Part shown: in pieces, positions 12,831 through 25,907 of the stretch
Numbering within the stretch: position 1 is the stretch's first letter
Layout: each line of letters begins with the position of its first letter
NCBI GenBank assembly: GCA_050084515.1
Contig: CM114271.1
Location: 28,086,001-28,150,000, forward strand
DNA length: 64,000 bases
Origin: Blasia pusilla
Lineage: Eukaryota
Direction of reading: 5' to 3'
Program-made: the position numbers and the translations under genes
The notes under the pieces: model-generated
What the model was told of the DNA's origin: nothing
The model's database searches: none
What the model saw: only the letters and a program-made list of their open reading frames with translations

Positions 12831-13830
12831 TGTCGCGACCCTCATGACCAAACAAGTGCCAAGCGGAACATCGGAACATTAGCGGGCTCACGCTAAGATG
12901 GTTTGCGCGTTGGAGTTGTCTCAAAGAGGAGACAAGAGACGAGTCGCGAGCGATGAGTCGCGTTTCAGGTGTTATGGTCGCGACTGAGAAACCTGGACCA
13001 AACGCGGAATGAGACTTGAAAGAAGTTGAGTCTAGGAAGTGGGTTGCCAAAGGGAAGATCCGGATTTGGAAACGCCACTAGCGTTTGAGAGTTTCCGACT
13101 GTATTTATAGCCATAACTTTTAGCGCCAAGATGTGTTTGAAGCAAATAAGGGTGCGTTGGAAAGCTTATGGAGAGCCAGTCCAAACGCATCAAAGATCGC
13201 TGCAAACGCACAAGCAGCGGCCGAGATACGACCCAAATCGACTGTAAGTGGAGTCGGGTTGAGGGCCACAATGAAGGGCCCGAACCTCTTTTCCCAAAGG
13301 GGAGGGGTTATTGGAGAACCCCAGAAGTACTAGTAAGGGGGAAGGTCTCCGAGAGTGCTTGGAACCCAAACCCCACTTTGGGCGCCGCATGGGCGCTCAA
13401 GGGCATGGAACGGAACGCGAGTTTGGGCGTTGGGTTGGAAAAACTGCACCAAGTCCATTGAGGCGATTTTAGACATCCTCTTGGATTTCACGCCGCGACT
13501 CAATTACTTGGGTCTCGGTTCGAACTCACACGAGGATCGTTGAGCAGTTGGGATCGCTAGGCGTGCAAGTGCCGTTTCAGATCCCTGGACTAACCAGGAA
13601 GTCTGTTCCAAGTCTTGAAGGACTTGCCATGTGTTGGGAGCTAGGAACTAAGGAAGGTTGAGCTTGATGAGACGCCGAGTTGAGGACTCGGTGGGTTGGA
13701 ACGCCGGTTGACCAAACCCGACTAACGAGAGTGCGTGTTTGGGTGCAGATCGGCGATGAGTTCGTGACCTACTGAACGCACGCTTCCGCAACACTAAAGA
13801 TTGACGTTCAAGGAGAGTAGGGGCGCGACA
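12831..13830. mobile_element. Solo LTR (younger copy, 1000 bp), 5-bp TSD GGGAT
   Basis: Ends TGTCGCG...CGCGACA (7-bp perfect inverted termini). GGGAT at 12826-12830 and 13831-13835. CpG-rich; candidate TATA on the minus strand at ~13102-13110. Confidence 0.95.
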
Positions 13831-14531
13831 GGGATGGAATGCCATATCCTATAACTTGGCAAAAATTCCAACAATCAAAGGTATTAGTACTGAAACATTA
13901 GCATACCTTGATGCGAGGTATATTAGATTTCTATTTTTTCTATAGTTTTTTACAATTATTTTAGAATGTTGAAAGGTTGGGTTTTGATTGTATTTTCTTT
14001 TTTGTCAGAATGTTGGCGAATTTTCAGGTTGAGTCTACACACTAAGCAACCAAGTATTATAAGATTAATTGTTCATTTTCAAGATAGCCATATGGTATAT
14101 TCTCATGATTGAGAGTTTATTGGGTAATAGTCTTGAGCAGAGTAAGGAGACCACTCTTACGTAATGGTTTGCAACTACTATTTCCGATCCTATGGCTCCA
14201 CAACACCTTCATTTGGAATTCCCTTCTCATTATTCTTGGAATAAGAAGAAATCAACTTTCATGTGGAAGAAAAGGATTTAGACATTCCATCAGACGTTTA
14301 TATATGACTAACCTTGGTGAACTTTCTCTTATATGTGTAGATCTAATTTGTATATAAATATTTTAGTTAATGTAATAAAATGATATTAAAATTTTAAATA
14401 TAAGATTTGTTGTAAAAATATGTAAGTGAAGGCTCCGGAGCATCATTGGTTACGATCACTTCTCCATCATGTGAGAGGAGCTAAATCATATGAAGATTTG
14501 AGAATGATGGTGTCGTCTATCCTACTTTTCC

Positions 14532-14782
14532 ATCTTCTAATAGTCTGATTTGAAATTTTCATCAAAGAATTGGGAAACCCGATCCTCCCTTGAACATTCA
14601 AAAAATTCATCTTGCTTTATTAGGGGTCCGTTACCATCTTCAAGATCATGGATTAACTTGAATTTTTTGCTCGGGATTTATCAATCTCGTGCTAATCTAA
14701 TAAAGCAATTTTTTGAATGTTCAAGGAAGGATCGGCTTTCCCAATTCTTTGAAGAAAATTTCAAATCAGACTATTAGAAGAT
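14532..14782. repeat. Fold-back insertion (~85-90-bp inverted arms) containing a copy of 15046-15175
   Basis: 14532-14624 is nearly the reverse complement of 14697-14782; 14560-14695 is a direct copy of the downstream Helitron exon. Confidence 0.88.
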
Positions 14783-17519
14783 AATAGGGAGGTCTTTTCT
14801 TATTTTGAAGAAGCGGTTGAAATTTGTGTTGGTCACTCCTTGCGTCTACTATGTGCTATCATCCTTGTCTACAACATGTCATCTATACCTCGTGTGCTAT
14901 GGGAACCTTTCTTAGTTCCATTGACATAACACCTTTTACATCAAAGGCGTGAGGTAATATGCATGCCTTATTTTAAATTATGACTTAATAAATTTTGTTA
15001 TGTTTTATATTCATATTTTTTCATCTTTAAGCTTTTTTTGTAATTTTCTTCAAAGAATTGGGAAACCCGATCCTTACTTGAGCATTCAAAAAAATCATCT
15101 TAGAGGTCCATTACCATCTTCAAGATCATGGATTAACTTGTTTTTTCTGCTCGGGATTTACCAATCTCGTGCTATTCTGAGGAAGAGCTTTGCTACGATC
15201 GCAATATGCTTGCAGAACTTCTTGAACCAGGAGAGACCTCATTAAACAATGGACAACAAGCTATTTGGGATGTTGTCCATCTTCTTTTTTAGGAGCTGTT
15301 AAATGATGCACCATCTACTATAAGTACATTTTATTTATGTTATGTTATTGAAAGATTTAAATATATCTAACTTTCTTTTCTTTTAAATATCTTCTTGCTA
15401 ATTATGGTTTTATTAGGCAAAGTTATTCTTCATTGATAGTCTTGGGGGCACGGGAAAAACATTTCTATACAATCTTCCTTCGGGGATTGCTACTCTATTA
15501 TTGGATGGATTGCACATGACACATTCTTGATTCAAGATTCCAATTCAGATACATGAATTATCCACTTGCAAGTAAGTTTATGTGTAAGACTTTGCTAGCA
15601 TTTTACTTCCTTTCTTAATAATAATAGTAATAATAATATTTACTCACATATATTATGATTCAATGTTTGCTTAGTTTTTCATTTGTTGTGTAGTTTTTAG
15701 CCTAGAGGTTAATAGTCACTTAGTACGCCTTATACAAAATGCAAAATTTATCATATGGGACGAAGCCCTTATGACCCATCATCACGCTTTTGAGGTTGTT
15801 AGTCATACTTTCGCATACATTTGTTTAGGACAAGGATAGCATGAACAAGAAGTATTTCCAAACTGGTTATTGAAGGTTGGCTTAGGTTTGATATCATTGC
15901 ATTCTGACCTTGGAGATGATGTTATACGAATTCACGATACGATGATTGTTAAGAGCACAAGACTTCATGATCTCATAGACATTATCTATGAACATGACAT
16001 TGATAAGTGGAATGATATTCACTTCTTGAAGGGTATATCTATTCTTCAACAAAGAATACTACGATGGACTTCATAAATGCCGAAATAATGTCGTAATTTT
16101 CTGAAGAGGTAATTTGATTAAGTTATCAAATATCATAAATTTATTCAATACAATGAACATTTTTTGCAAGGATCACCGCATTCTTTAACTTTGAAGATTG
16201 GAGCTTTCATCATGCTATTACAAAATATGAATGGAGCAAAAGGACATGCAAACGAGACTCGCTTGGTCATTGTTGGATTTGGTTGACATGTTCTAGCTGC
16301 AGTAATTATGATTGGAAGAAATGTTGGTGGTTGAGGGTTTATTCCAGACATTTCACTAATTGCATCTGAGAGAAGTTTACCTTTTGATTTGCGACGATTT
16401 CAATTTCCTATTCGTCCACCTTTGGCGACAACAATTAATAAGTCTCATGGTAAAAAAATAGATAGATTTGGTATTTACTTGCCAAATCGTGTATTTTATC
16501 ATGGGCAATTAGATGTTTCAATTGATAGTCAACATCCAATAAACAAAGTTAGAGCTTATACTAGAAATGATGTTTATCATCAAATGCTACATTGGAAAAA
16601 ATACAAGGATGTAGTTTTCCATATTTTCGTATTCTTCTCTTTTTTCTTATTAAAATATTCGACTAATTTTTTTATCGATTATTATAAATACGCATGGATT
16701 CTCATAATGCATGGAAATCTTCAACTAGGACTCCACTACGAATCCACCAATCCCTATCTCGTCTATAATTCCAACTTCATCTCTAGATTTGTCCGGCATT
16801 TCCGTGGGAAAATACAGTGTTCCCAACCTGGTACACGCGTTGGTGTCCGAATGCATTGACGTTCACTCTGAGAGAGATTACAGGTAAATCCTCTGAGGTT
16901 CAAAAATATGTTACGGCGGGCAGATAAATTACACCCGAAAGGAACTTGCAGGTTTTAGAAGCTTATAGGTATATAGGAAAGTGTGAAGCCAAAGCCCGAG
17001 AGAACGCTCGAGTCAAGAAAGTGAACTTTTAATTTGAACTTAAGTGTTCAAAGTATTTGAACACTTGTGAGTTCAGTACTTTTGTGAGGTGCCGTGAAAG
17101 GGGTAGGCAATTCACAGAAAATACTCGGGTTGTGATAAAGATCACTCTTACTGGTACTCTTAAAACTCACAAACAAAGTGTATTAGTACGTTCCAATTTT
17201 CCTTCCCATCAAGGACTCACTAGTGGATTATCTCCGATTACCCAACTAGCTTTTTTTTAATTTATCAACTCGAATTGGGTTTAAAAGGTTGTGTTCTTTA
17301 AGAGAGACAACCTTTCCTTTGGAAGATTCTCGCGCGAATTGGATCACAGTGTAATGGTTTCAATGGACCAGCGAAGACGCTTGGTCGGTCGGGGTGGGGT
17401 GATTTCTCACCTTTCTCTTGGGGCCGTTACGTTTCGGAGCAGAGAAGATCGGAACGTGCGTGTGGATCGCTTGGCCTGTGCAGATTTGGGTGCAGAGCGG
17501 GTCCTGGACTCCTGGATAT

Positions 17520-19971
17520 ATGGCCACTCTGTCGTTTGTTGTTCCTTCCACTGCCGACATTTCTTCTTCTTGTGCATCCCAATCAATCGCCGCGCGCCCA
17601 TGGACGAAAGGCTTCTTTGGCAGCGCGGGAGCATGGGGACTTTCAAGAGCGTCTGGTTTAGCGGCGACGCCTGCGCTTGGAACCAGCACTCCTCGGAGAC
17701 GTTCTGGGAGAAAGTATGTCTATCCTCTTCGTGGCGATGGCGGCAATTGTACAGGAGCGCCAGCTGCGAGGAATGTTATTCGTGGCGGTGAAGGTGTGCG
17801 GGACTCCGGAGCTGCAGATGCGGAGCGGGGAGTTTCTTCCGTTTGTTCCGATCACGCTGTAGATGATGAAGGAAAGAAAACTGTTCTCCCAAGTGCTTGC
17901 AATTGCTGCATGTGTGGTCGAAGGGGTTTTGTCGCTGCTTCCGTGGGGGGACTTGTTGCTTTGAAGGTTCAGAACGCCGGTGCGTTTAACCTCGACAGCT
18001 CTAATTACAATGTACATCTGCTAGCCCTGTCTTTACTTCCTCGAGGTGACGTAGATTCCCCCTAATGGAACGCATCATTGTTTTGCGACTGGTCTCCTTT
18101 CTCTCGGTCCGTGTATCACCGTGGGCTTCGGCGTGCGCCGCACTTGTCAGGGTAGATCTGTTTGCTTCGTTAAGACCAATCTCTGACCGAGGCTGAAATT
18201 GCCGACACCGTCATACAGAGGAGAATTGAGGAATTTCATCCTAGCAGAGCATCCTGGTATGATGAAATCTTCGCCAGAGTTATGGCTACGAGCATGTCAA
18301 GTTACGAGGCAAAGGTAAGATAACGATTGACAAAGTGAAAGTGTAAACCAAGTCTATTAGGAATTGTTTCATCGAAGCTTGAATTCATCAGTGTAAAAGA
18401 TCTCTTTGTTCATTATTTTTTTGGTTATCTTACATTGTATCGTTGTTTGAGGCACTTCTCTTTTATGAAATTGGTTGGGATTCTGTTTGGAAGGTGGCAG
18501 ACTACAAACTCGAACTATTCGGTAAGCTGGATGAGACAGTGGAGCAGGTCCTTGAGCTGGGAATTGGCACAGGGCCCAATCTCAAGTATTATGGAAAATT
18601 GCCTCAGATTCAAAGAGTTGTGGGAGTAGATCCGAACGTTCAGATGGCTAAATTCTGCTCAGCTGCTGCTCTATCTGCGGGGCTATCCCAATCACAGTTC
18701 GAGTTCATTCATGGAGTAAGTTTCTAATAGTCTTCAGGATGCACTGTCTTCAGCCATCTAGATTCCTTGCGATGTCTTCTCGCAACGTTTAGAGAAGTGT
18801 CTCTGTCATGCCTTCGTGTCAATTATCCAAGCAGCTTTCGGAAATCCCCCTATGTGAATCTTCCCCTAGATATAAGGAAACTGATTTCCTCGTCAACGCA
18901 TTTGAATGTAAAAGATGCGCGGCTACTTTTGAAGGTAGGGAAAGGCATCCACGCAAGATTGAAGTTTTTTTTTGTCCAAACAAACTTGCCTCTCGTCTTC
19001 GTGAAATGTAAGGAGTCTACTGCCCGCCATCTAGGACCATAACTGTCTTTGGTATGGGACTCACATGACTACGGGTGGATCTAGGTAGGAGAGGTAATTC
19101 CGCTCCCCGACGCGAGCATGGATGCCGTGGTCTGTACTCTTGTCTTGTGTTCAGTAACGGACGTGGCTTTCACTCTCAAAGGTATGACACAAGCGATATC
19201 TTCTTAATCTGTTCGCATGATTTGCGCTGCAAACCCGTGGTAGACGCATATCTGTACAAGCATATCTATTCAGTAGTGGAGAGATGGTATAAGGTCATCT
19301 ACGTGCAAGTGCTGGTAGATTTGTCGGGAGATGTTGCAGATTGGGAGAGACAGCTTAGAAGGTATCGCGGCCGCTCTGAAAAGGTGGGCGTTCCAAATTG
19401 TCACTTGATTGGAAGGAGAAGAAGAAGCTTTAGCAAGTCTCAGTATTAGCATGCTCCTACGACGGTCGTAGAGCAGCTCACGAAGGTATTGGAATGTGTC
19501 AAGTGCTGGTAAAAATCTACGTAACTCATCATTTTCTGAGCACATCCGTTTCCAACCAAGTATTAACCCTGTGTGACTTCCATGTTTTCAGAGGTGAAAC
19601 GAGTTCTCAGACCAGGTGGCGCTTTCTTCTTCGTCGAACACGTTGCTGCAGCTGGTATGGATTTTCCAACTTACAACGCAGAAAAAGGATGAGTTCTACT
19701 CACATCGCTTCAATGGCAGCTGCTCTTCTGTTCATGATTTCAAATTTGTCTCTGGTTTATTTTAACAGATGGGACTGGAGTGCGAACATGGCAAGTAATT
19801 TTGGATCCAATCCAACAGTTTCTTGCGGATGGGTGCCACCTCACTCGGGACACTCTACATTCCATCGAAATGGCCCAATTTGGTTCTGTGGACGTGAAAC
19901 GGTTCAATCTTCCAGGTTCATTCGTCATTGGTCCGCATATTCTTGGAGTTGCTCGCACCTCATATGCTTAA
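17520..19971 (+). CDS. SAM-dependent methyltransferase type 11 (METTL7/TMT1-like plant family), about 390 aa, 6 exons, probably plastid-targeted
   Basis: Exons 17520-18011, 18219-18314, 18494-18715, 19085-19181, 19592-19654, 19769-19971; all introns GT-AG and phase-compatible (1173 nt). Motif I VLELGIGTGPN, plus PLPDASMDAVVCTLVLCSV, EVKRVLRPGG..FVEHV and DGCHLTR. Ser/Ala-rich N-terminus resembling a transit peptide (inference). Confidence 0.93.
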
Positions 19972-22539
19972 AGACGATATTATAGTCATGTTGGAGTCCT
20001 TATCATGCAGGTAGGTTAACCGTGGAGTTAACCCAACCTCGTAGCGAGGCTTGTGGGTCTGGCTCTCCAAGCTACTCGTGATGGGCCAGCTATGGTATGC
20101 CTACAGGATTGGAAACTGGAGATGTATTTATTCCTCTGTCGATCTCAAGGCTCTTACAGACCCTGAACAAGCTTGTGAGGTTCCAGCACGGGAATGTACG
20201 AAATACCTCTTGGAGGTCTCGAGCAGGAATCGCACTCTGTCATTCCTGTAGCATCTGAACTGGAAACTTGGGGAGGGAATGCGTTGTCTGCGAAGTTAGC
20301 GGACAAATGCAACTTATCCCAGATCTGCTGCGCCATGAATATACTTGACATTATCTTTTCTAGAAAAGTCAGTAATCGTCGTGACTAACTAAATCCTTCC
20401 CTCCCTTGTGCATAATGTGAAAGCTTTGGATCTTCACCAGATTTTCTGTTCATCTCTTGGATCCTCTTCTAGTTTAGTCAATACCTACCGCTTATCTGTA
20501 CGTATTGACAAAACTCTGTGGTTTCGCACTTTCGGACCGATCATGAATCGTGAGAAATTTGGGAGCTAGGAAATTTGAAGCAGCAATGTAATTTTTAAAC
20601 GGAAGGGAAGAGTGTTCCCCACTAACGTGTTGACGATCTAGATGTGGTCACCCTCCAAAGATATATTGAAAACCAACCGATGGACATGATGTTCTTTTCG
20701 GCGGACCCGTGGAAAAGCCATCTGTATTTTCTTCGTTAAGCGACCCTGCCACCGGGCAAAGGACCCGGGAATGGTAAGAGGTTTGCACGATGAAGGAGGG
20801 GAGATGTGCAAATTACAACGACAGCTGAAAGCTCCCAGGGGAAGTGGACTTACAACTTGGGAACAGTTCTCACACTACCCTCGTTGCAGGAATGGAGAAA
20901 AGGGTTTCATGGTCAGAAACCCTAGGAGTCGAAGCGGCACTAGAGCAGGTTCATGGTGAAGCAGATACAGTATTTCCCATGAAAAAAAACGTAGTCACTT
21001 GACTTGACGGTGTATATTTGCCCGCTCTCCCTTTGAGTTGTGATCTAGTCGAGGATCCATTTCGAATATTGACGGTGTATATTTGCCTGCTCTCCCTTCT
21101 TTTCACTTTGGAATACTGTAGGATTGTCCAAATTAAGAATCTCGGGACTTGCATTTGCGAATGATTTTATGCGTTAGAAGGTTTGTCTTGGAGAACAATC
21201 TTGGTGATAGGGGTCTAGATTGTCTGAAATCAGTTTTAGCATTCCCTAACCACGGTGGGGTTATTTCCTGGTCAACTTTGAAATATGTGGACTTGAGGTT
21301 CCTAAGTTGTCCATTTAAAAGAAATGTGAACACAATTGAACACAAATATATTGAAACTAAATGTGAACTTTTGCTTTTGCTGGGGCTTGATTTTCTAAGA
21401 AAAAAATTGTATGTTTCACCAATTGTTGGATGATGATAAAAGGACAAAAGTGCATAAACATGTGGAAGCATGGATTTTGTCTTGTCATATTGAACAAGTC
21501 TTTTGAAGTTTTAATATTATTGGAGAAAATTTTCTTGAATTGTCCACTACTTGATATTATTCAACAACATGACTTAAATACTTTTGTAGAGGGAATATTT
21601 AAGAAATTTTATTGGCATTTAGAGAACCTTGATATGTTAACATGATTGACTCTCTTGATGTGGAAAAGAATTACGAACTTAAGCTCACAATTTTGTCAAC
21701 AAGCTTGCTATTTGATCGAATGATAGTCCCATTGTTGACTTCCTTCATACTCGAATCATAAGGAAACAATCTCATAACAAAGCACAAAAGGGGAGAGTCA
21801 ATTTGTAGAGAAATATTTTCTCACTAATTTTTGCCAAGTGAAAATTGGGTGCTCAATAAGCCAATCGGAAAATAATATTGCACTACTGAACAATATGGGG
21901 TGTCATAATACCCCTATCCGGGATTTTATTTTAGTGTCCCCAGATCTTTCTGTCCGGGACTTGCCCGATCCCAAACGGATAGTTTGGGATCGGGCAAGTC
22001 TCGGACCCGTTTTGGCGCCCACGGGACGAATCATTCCCGTCCCATTTGCATTTCTTCTCGGGTAGCCCGTGGATTTAAGGCTGGCCGATGACCATACACG
22101 GGCCAACGCAAAACTGCCGCCCCGTCCTCTTCCGGGTTAGTCGAGTGACTTTCCGGGTGGCCCCCTAACCTGGACGATTCCGGATAGGCACTAAATTGAC
22201 ATCCCCTAATGACTTCTCCTGCAGCTAGTTGATCACCGTCACTCAAGGGATGATAGAGTCCCAGGCTATCTGGTCATGGTACGCGATGTTGGACCAAAAC
22301 CTGCACACATGGATGCGGGAGGGGGTGCTTCTTATGAACACCTCACCTATGTTGAGAGATGTTTTTACGAACCTCAAGAACATTGAGCGCAACGTGGCGT
22401 AGGAGAACATAGCCACCATGGGTTCTAGGCGAGAGCAGACACGATTGCCTGCATCACCAATGCAGCAAGGTGGATTCCAAGATAGGTCTGTGGCACCACG
22501 AGCTCAGGGAGAATACCCGGAGGCTGTGCCATAAAAGCT

Positions 22540-22850
22540 TAGGCTGCCAATGGTGCACTAGGTACTTTTATTGATTGTATCTACAACGGTGTTGAGCTTA
22601 ACACTATACTAGTGAAGTTGCACTCCAATGGTACAACAATCAGAATCTCTAGAACAAACTTTGCTAACTTGTGGCACGGGCCTCATGTGAAGTACCACAA
22701 AAAGACATTCCCTCTTGTATTGGGATATGCAATAACGGCACACAAGAGCCAAGGTCTGATTGTTGAAGGAAAGTGTTTATTGAACATACGCTCTTTCTTT
22801 GCTCCTGGCCTTATGTATGTGATGTTATCATGAGTGAAAAATTATGCATT
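22540..22850 (+). pseudogene. PIF1-family helicase C-terminal fragment (Helitron remnant)
   Basis: AANGALGT...KKTFPLVLGYAITAHKSQGL...FAPGLMYVMLS*VK = PIF1 motifs IV-VI; closer to the 54500-55175 helicase than to the first Helitron. Confidence 0.85.
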
Positions 22851-25800
22851 CTTGTTGCCCTTGTCCTTGCTGATATTCAATTTTTTGGAAAAGAGGCATG
22901 AAATTGACAATAGTTGAGCTTCACAGAAATGGCAAGTAGCGAGGGTTCCTTGAGAGGGCGTGGAAGGAGATCTACCCCATTGATTACATCAACATTGCCC
23001 CGTGTCCGTCGGACCCACAAAGTGTCTCGTGCCCTTTGGGTCGTAAGTCCTTCGGACGCTTCTTTAGCTTTACGGGGACTTACCCAAAAGGACAGTCCTA
23101 GATGATGCATCGCCGTTCATTCCACCTGGTTCCAACCCAATTGTGCTTAGTGATAGTAGCTTGGATGATTACAAGAAAGTTGCTCCAACATTACACGGTG
23201 TCTACAGCCGCTGTGGGGGCGGGAAACCATAGCTCCAGATAGCCGGTTTGACCATTGGGGGGCACCGCCATTTCCTATGGGCGGTAGAAAGAGTACAAGT
23301 CTCAAAAAGACGAGGTGAGTTGTATCCATTTCTCACAAATAAATGTCGAAACGGGAGAAGGTGACATTTTCAAAACCTGTCCATCGTTTGGTCCATTCCA
23401 ACTCACGAACTTCCGCATCCCTCATGACGATTTAGGGCCAGTTTCCATGGAAAATATGGCCCAAACCAACCTCCTACGTCCGTGTCGCTCATGGTCGATC
23501 GGCGCGCGCAGAGGAAATTCGGAGAAGGGGCTCGCGACCTTCAAAGCCATCACAATTCGATGCGAGTCAACGGAAGCCCTTGTCCCTCTTCATCTCTGCA
23601 GCTAGCTGGCGCCGCAGGTTCACAGGTTCACCTCCTTGCTCTGCGGCATGGGAATCCGACGAAAGCTGGCTGCTGGCCAGTGGATATAGGATCCACGATT
23701 CGATCAGGGCATGGGGTTTGCACCTGCAACTCGTGATGGATATCTCCGGGGATGACAACGGGGAAAGGAAGTGTCAGATCGGTCACTCCGTTTTCAACAG
23801 AAACTGGAATCCGTCGACCTCGAGGCTCGAGCTGTCAATCGTGAGCGGCACTTACACGAGAGCGATTTCAGATGGCAAGCTTGCAATCGTGGGATCCTCC
23901 CAAACTGCTCCCCTGCGATGGAGCTTCTACGACATACGCTCTCACGAGCGGTTCGTACTCTCGCTTTTCATGTCTGCAACAAAGCATCGGAATAAGAGCA
24001 ATGTACTATGGACCGACTTCCACGAATCCACTTCCTTGTCCCGACTCCTCCACGTCCAGGGCATCTACATAACAAGCCCGCCCCGCCCCGCCCCATCTCA
24101 TCAATCAATCAAATAATGGAATGTCGCGGACCAGCAAGAATCTGCGCCTCGCCCCACGTGGTATCTGAAGCTCCGCTATTCGATGCCCCCCGTACGAGCA
24201 GGAATCCTGCAACATGGGCCCCGCGGCCCCCGCCCCACATGGCTCGGACCTCCAGAATCCAGATTTGAGTTTTCGAGCATAGCCTCCAGGGATTCAGACT
24301 AGTGCCGCCATTCTTCAAGAGCCAACCAGCACAATCTAGAAGTTGTTTTGTCACCGGTTCCTTTGTTTAGTCTTGACAGGGATCCGCCTAAACTTCAAGG
24401 CCGGAATTGGATAGGAGTGCTTTGCCATAGAGCGTCCCTCACCTTGAAGCGTTACTTAATCGTCTCTCTTGATTTTGGGAGTATGGATTACTTTGAGGAA
24501 GTTTTCTTTCTCAACTTCTAATTTTAAAAGTGTTTGAAGTTCCGGTGCGTATCTTCGGTATTATGTATTGTTACCGGAGGTTGGAAAGTATTGTTACCGG
24601 ATTTGCAAACACTTCTTTGTTTGACACGCGGCAACCGGACAACAAGAACAATATTTTCATTCTATGGGCAACAATAAAAAAAACTGTATGATGAGTCCCT
24701 GCACTTCTACATGGCACGGGCTGCAAACCAGTTTTATTTGGAGACAGTGCATGTTAGAAGGAGGATACGATGTATATACCAATGCAATCAAAAAAAGTTA
24801 GTGGGCCAATTCAAATCTGTTCATTTTAAGATGTTGTTTAGTTAAAGTAATAATCCTAGGAGAGAAGGTTAAATATTTCATATAGAAGGGAAAATCTAAA
24901 AAATAATTTCCAACTAAAGTTTCATTAGAAAATTTTGCTCCAAGTACTACTTCTTTCATTATAGCTCCCATTCTTGTAAGGTAAACATTCTTTTTTTTAA
25001 CTGTTTTATCAAGTCCCTTTTGCTATTCTTTATTCAAGAAATCCACTCCTCTATTTTGAAATTCTTAAAAACCCTAATCTTTTGGCTAATCTCTTTGTTA
25101 TATATATAATCATTATAAACCTTGAAATATGTATATGCACTTTCCCATAATTAGTACTAGCTTTAGCTTGTGTACGAATTAAAAATAAGTCTGAATTACC
25201 CATCCAAAATGTACAATTGACTTCTAGTGATCTTATTGGTTTAGACAATGAGCGATTCTATTGGTTTAAAAGGACATGTGTCAAGAGGAGAGAGGTAATC
25301 TCAAATGAAGAGACACTCTCCAATAATAATATAAATTGAAAAAACTTTCAATTCCCCTTCCCAATTGTCCTACACTTTTCTTCTTAATTTTAAATCACTC
25401 TTCTTTCCACCTTGTCTATGCTTTTCTAATCTTTGATTCTTGCCCCATTTTTGTAGAAAATTAATTAAATAATCCCTTATGAACCTCCCCTAAACACCCC
25501 TTCCATCTTGGCTCCCTCCTTCACCTTCTTATTTTCAGAAAAGGAATTGGCCTCCCTCCCTTAATTTCTTTTTAACCGCTAACTTTTAAATATTTTATAA
25601 CTTAAGAAAATACTAACCCTCACCCCTCCCACTTCCATATTTTAGAAAATAAATTAAAATACATACCCCACTATATGCTACTTCTTTTTTTCAAGAAAGG
25701 AAAAGGTGTCCCCTCTTTGTTCTTAAATTACCCCCGAATAGGATACATATATTGTAATTATACGTGCACTTTCCCATACAAGTATAGATATTTTAACTAT

Positions 25801-25907
25801 TTTTGTAGGTATTTATTTGGATGTCACAAATCATGCATCATGCAAGAACTCACTATCACATGAGGATATCTTGTCGTGCACATACTCCCTTAAACGCCCG
25901 TCTTTTG

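Larger units (their letters stand above)
4650..16610 (+). mobile_element. Degenerate intron-containing Helitron (Rep/PIF1 helicase pseudogene), interrupted by a LINE and a solo LTR; termini not found
   Basis: Motifs in the expected order: CSTCQALH / CCDLGKVQLP / AYNSLLQLTS (4690-4930); GRIVILFSSFM (to 5903) resuming as HQLYLDAMPIVRYFGKPDYFKTMTCNPKW (12118); HUH motif EFQKWGLTHAHILI; Walker A FIDSLGGTGKTFLY (~15430); IIWDEA (~15750); RFQFPIRPPLATTINKSHG..HGQLDV (16390-16515). Many stops, frameshifts and AT-rich GT-AG introns. Confidence 0.9.

Noticed and set aside
8579-13830. The two similar LTRs as the ends of one retrotransposon
   Set aside because: Each has its own TSD, they are quite diverged, and the interval is LINE and Helitron sequence continuous with the outer flanks.
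21901-22530. LTR plus gag fragment (TGTCAT...ATGATA)
   Set aside because: No TSD, no second LTR, no convincing PBS or gag motif; left unclassified.
23315-24354. Cluster of overlapping 60-180 aa ORFs
   Set aside because: No recognisable domain, and the candidate exons contain stops in all frames I tried; such ORFs are expected in GC-rich DNA.
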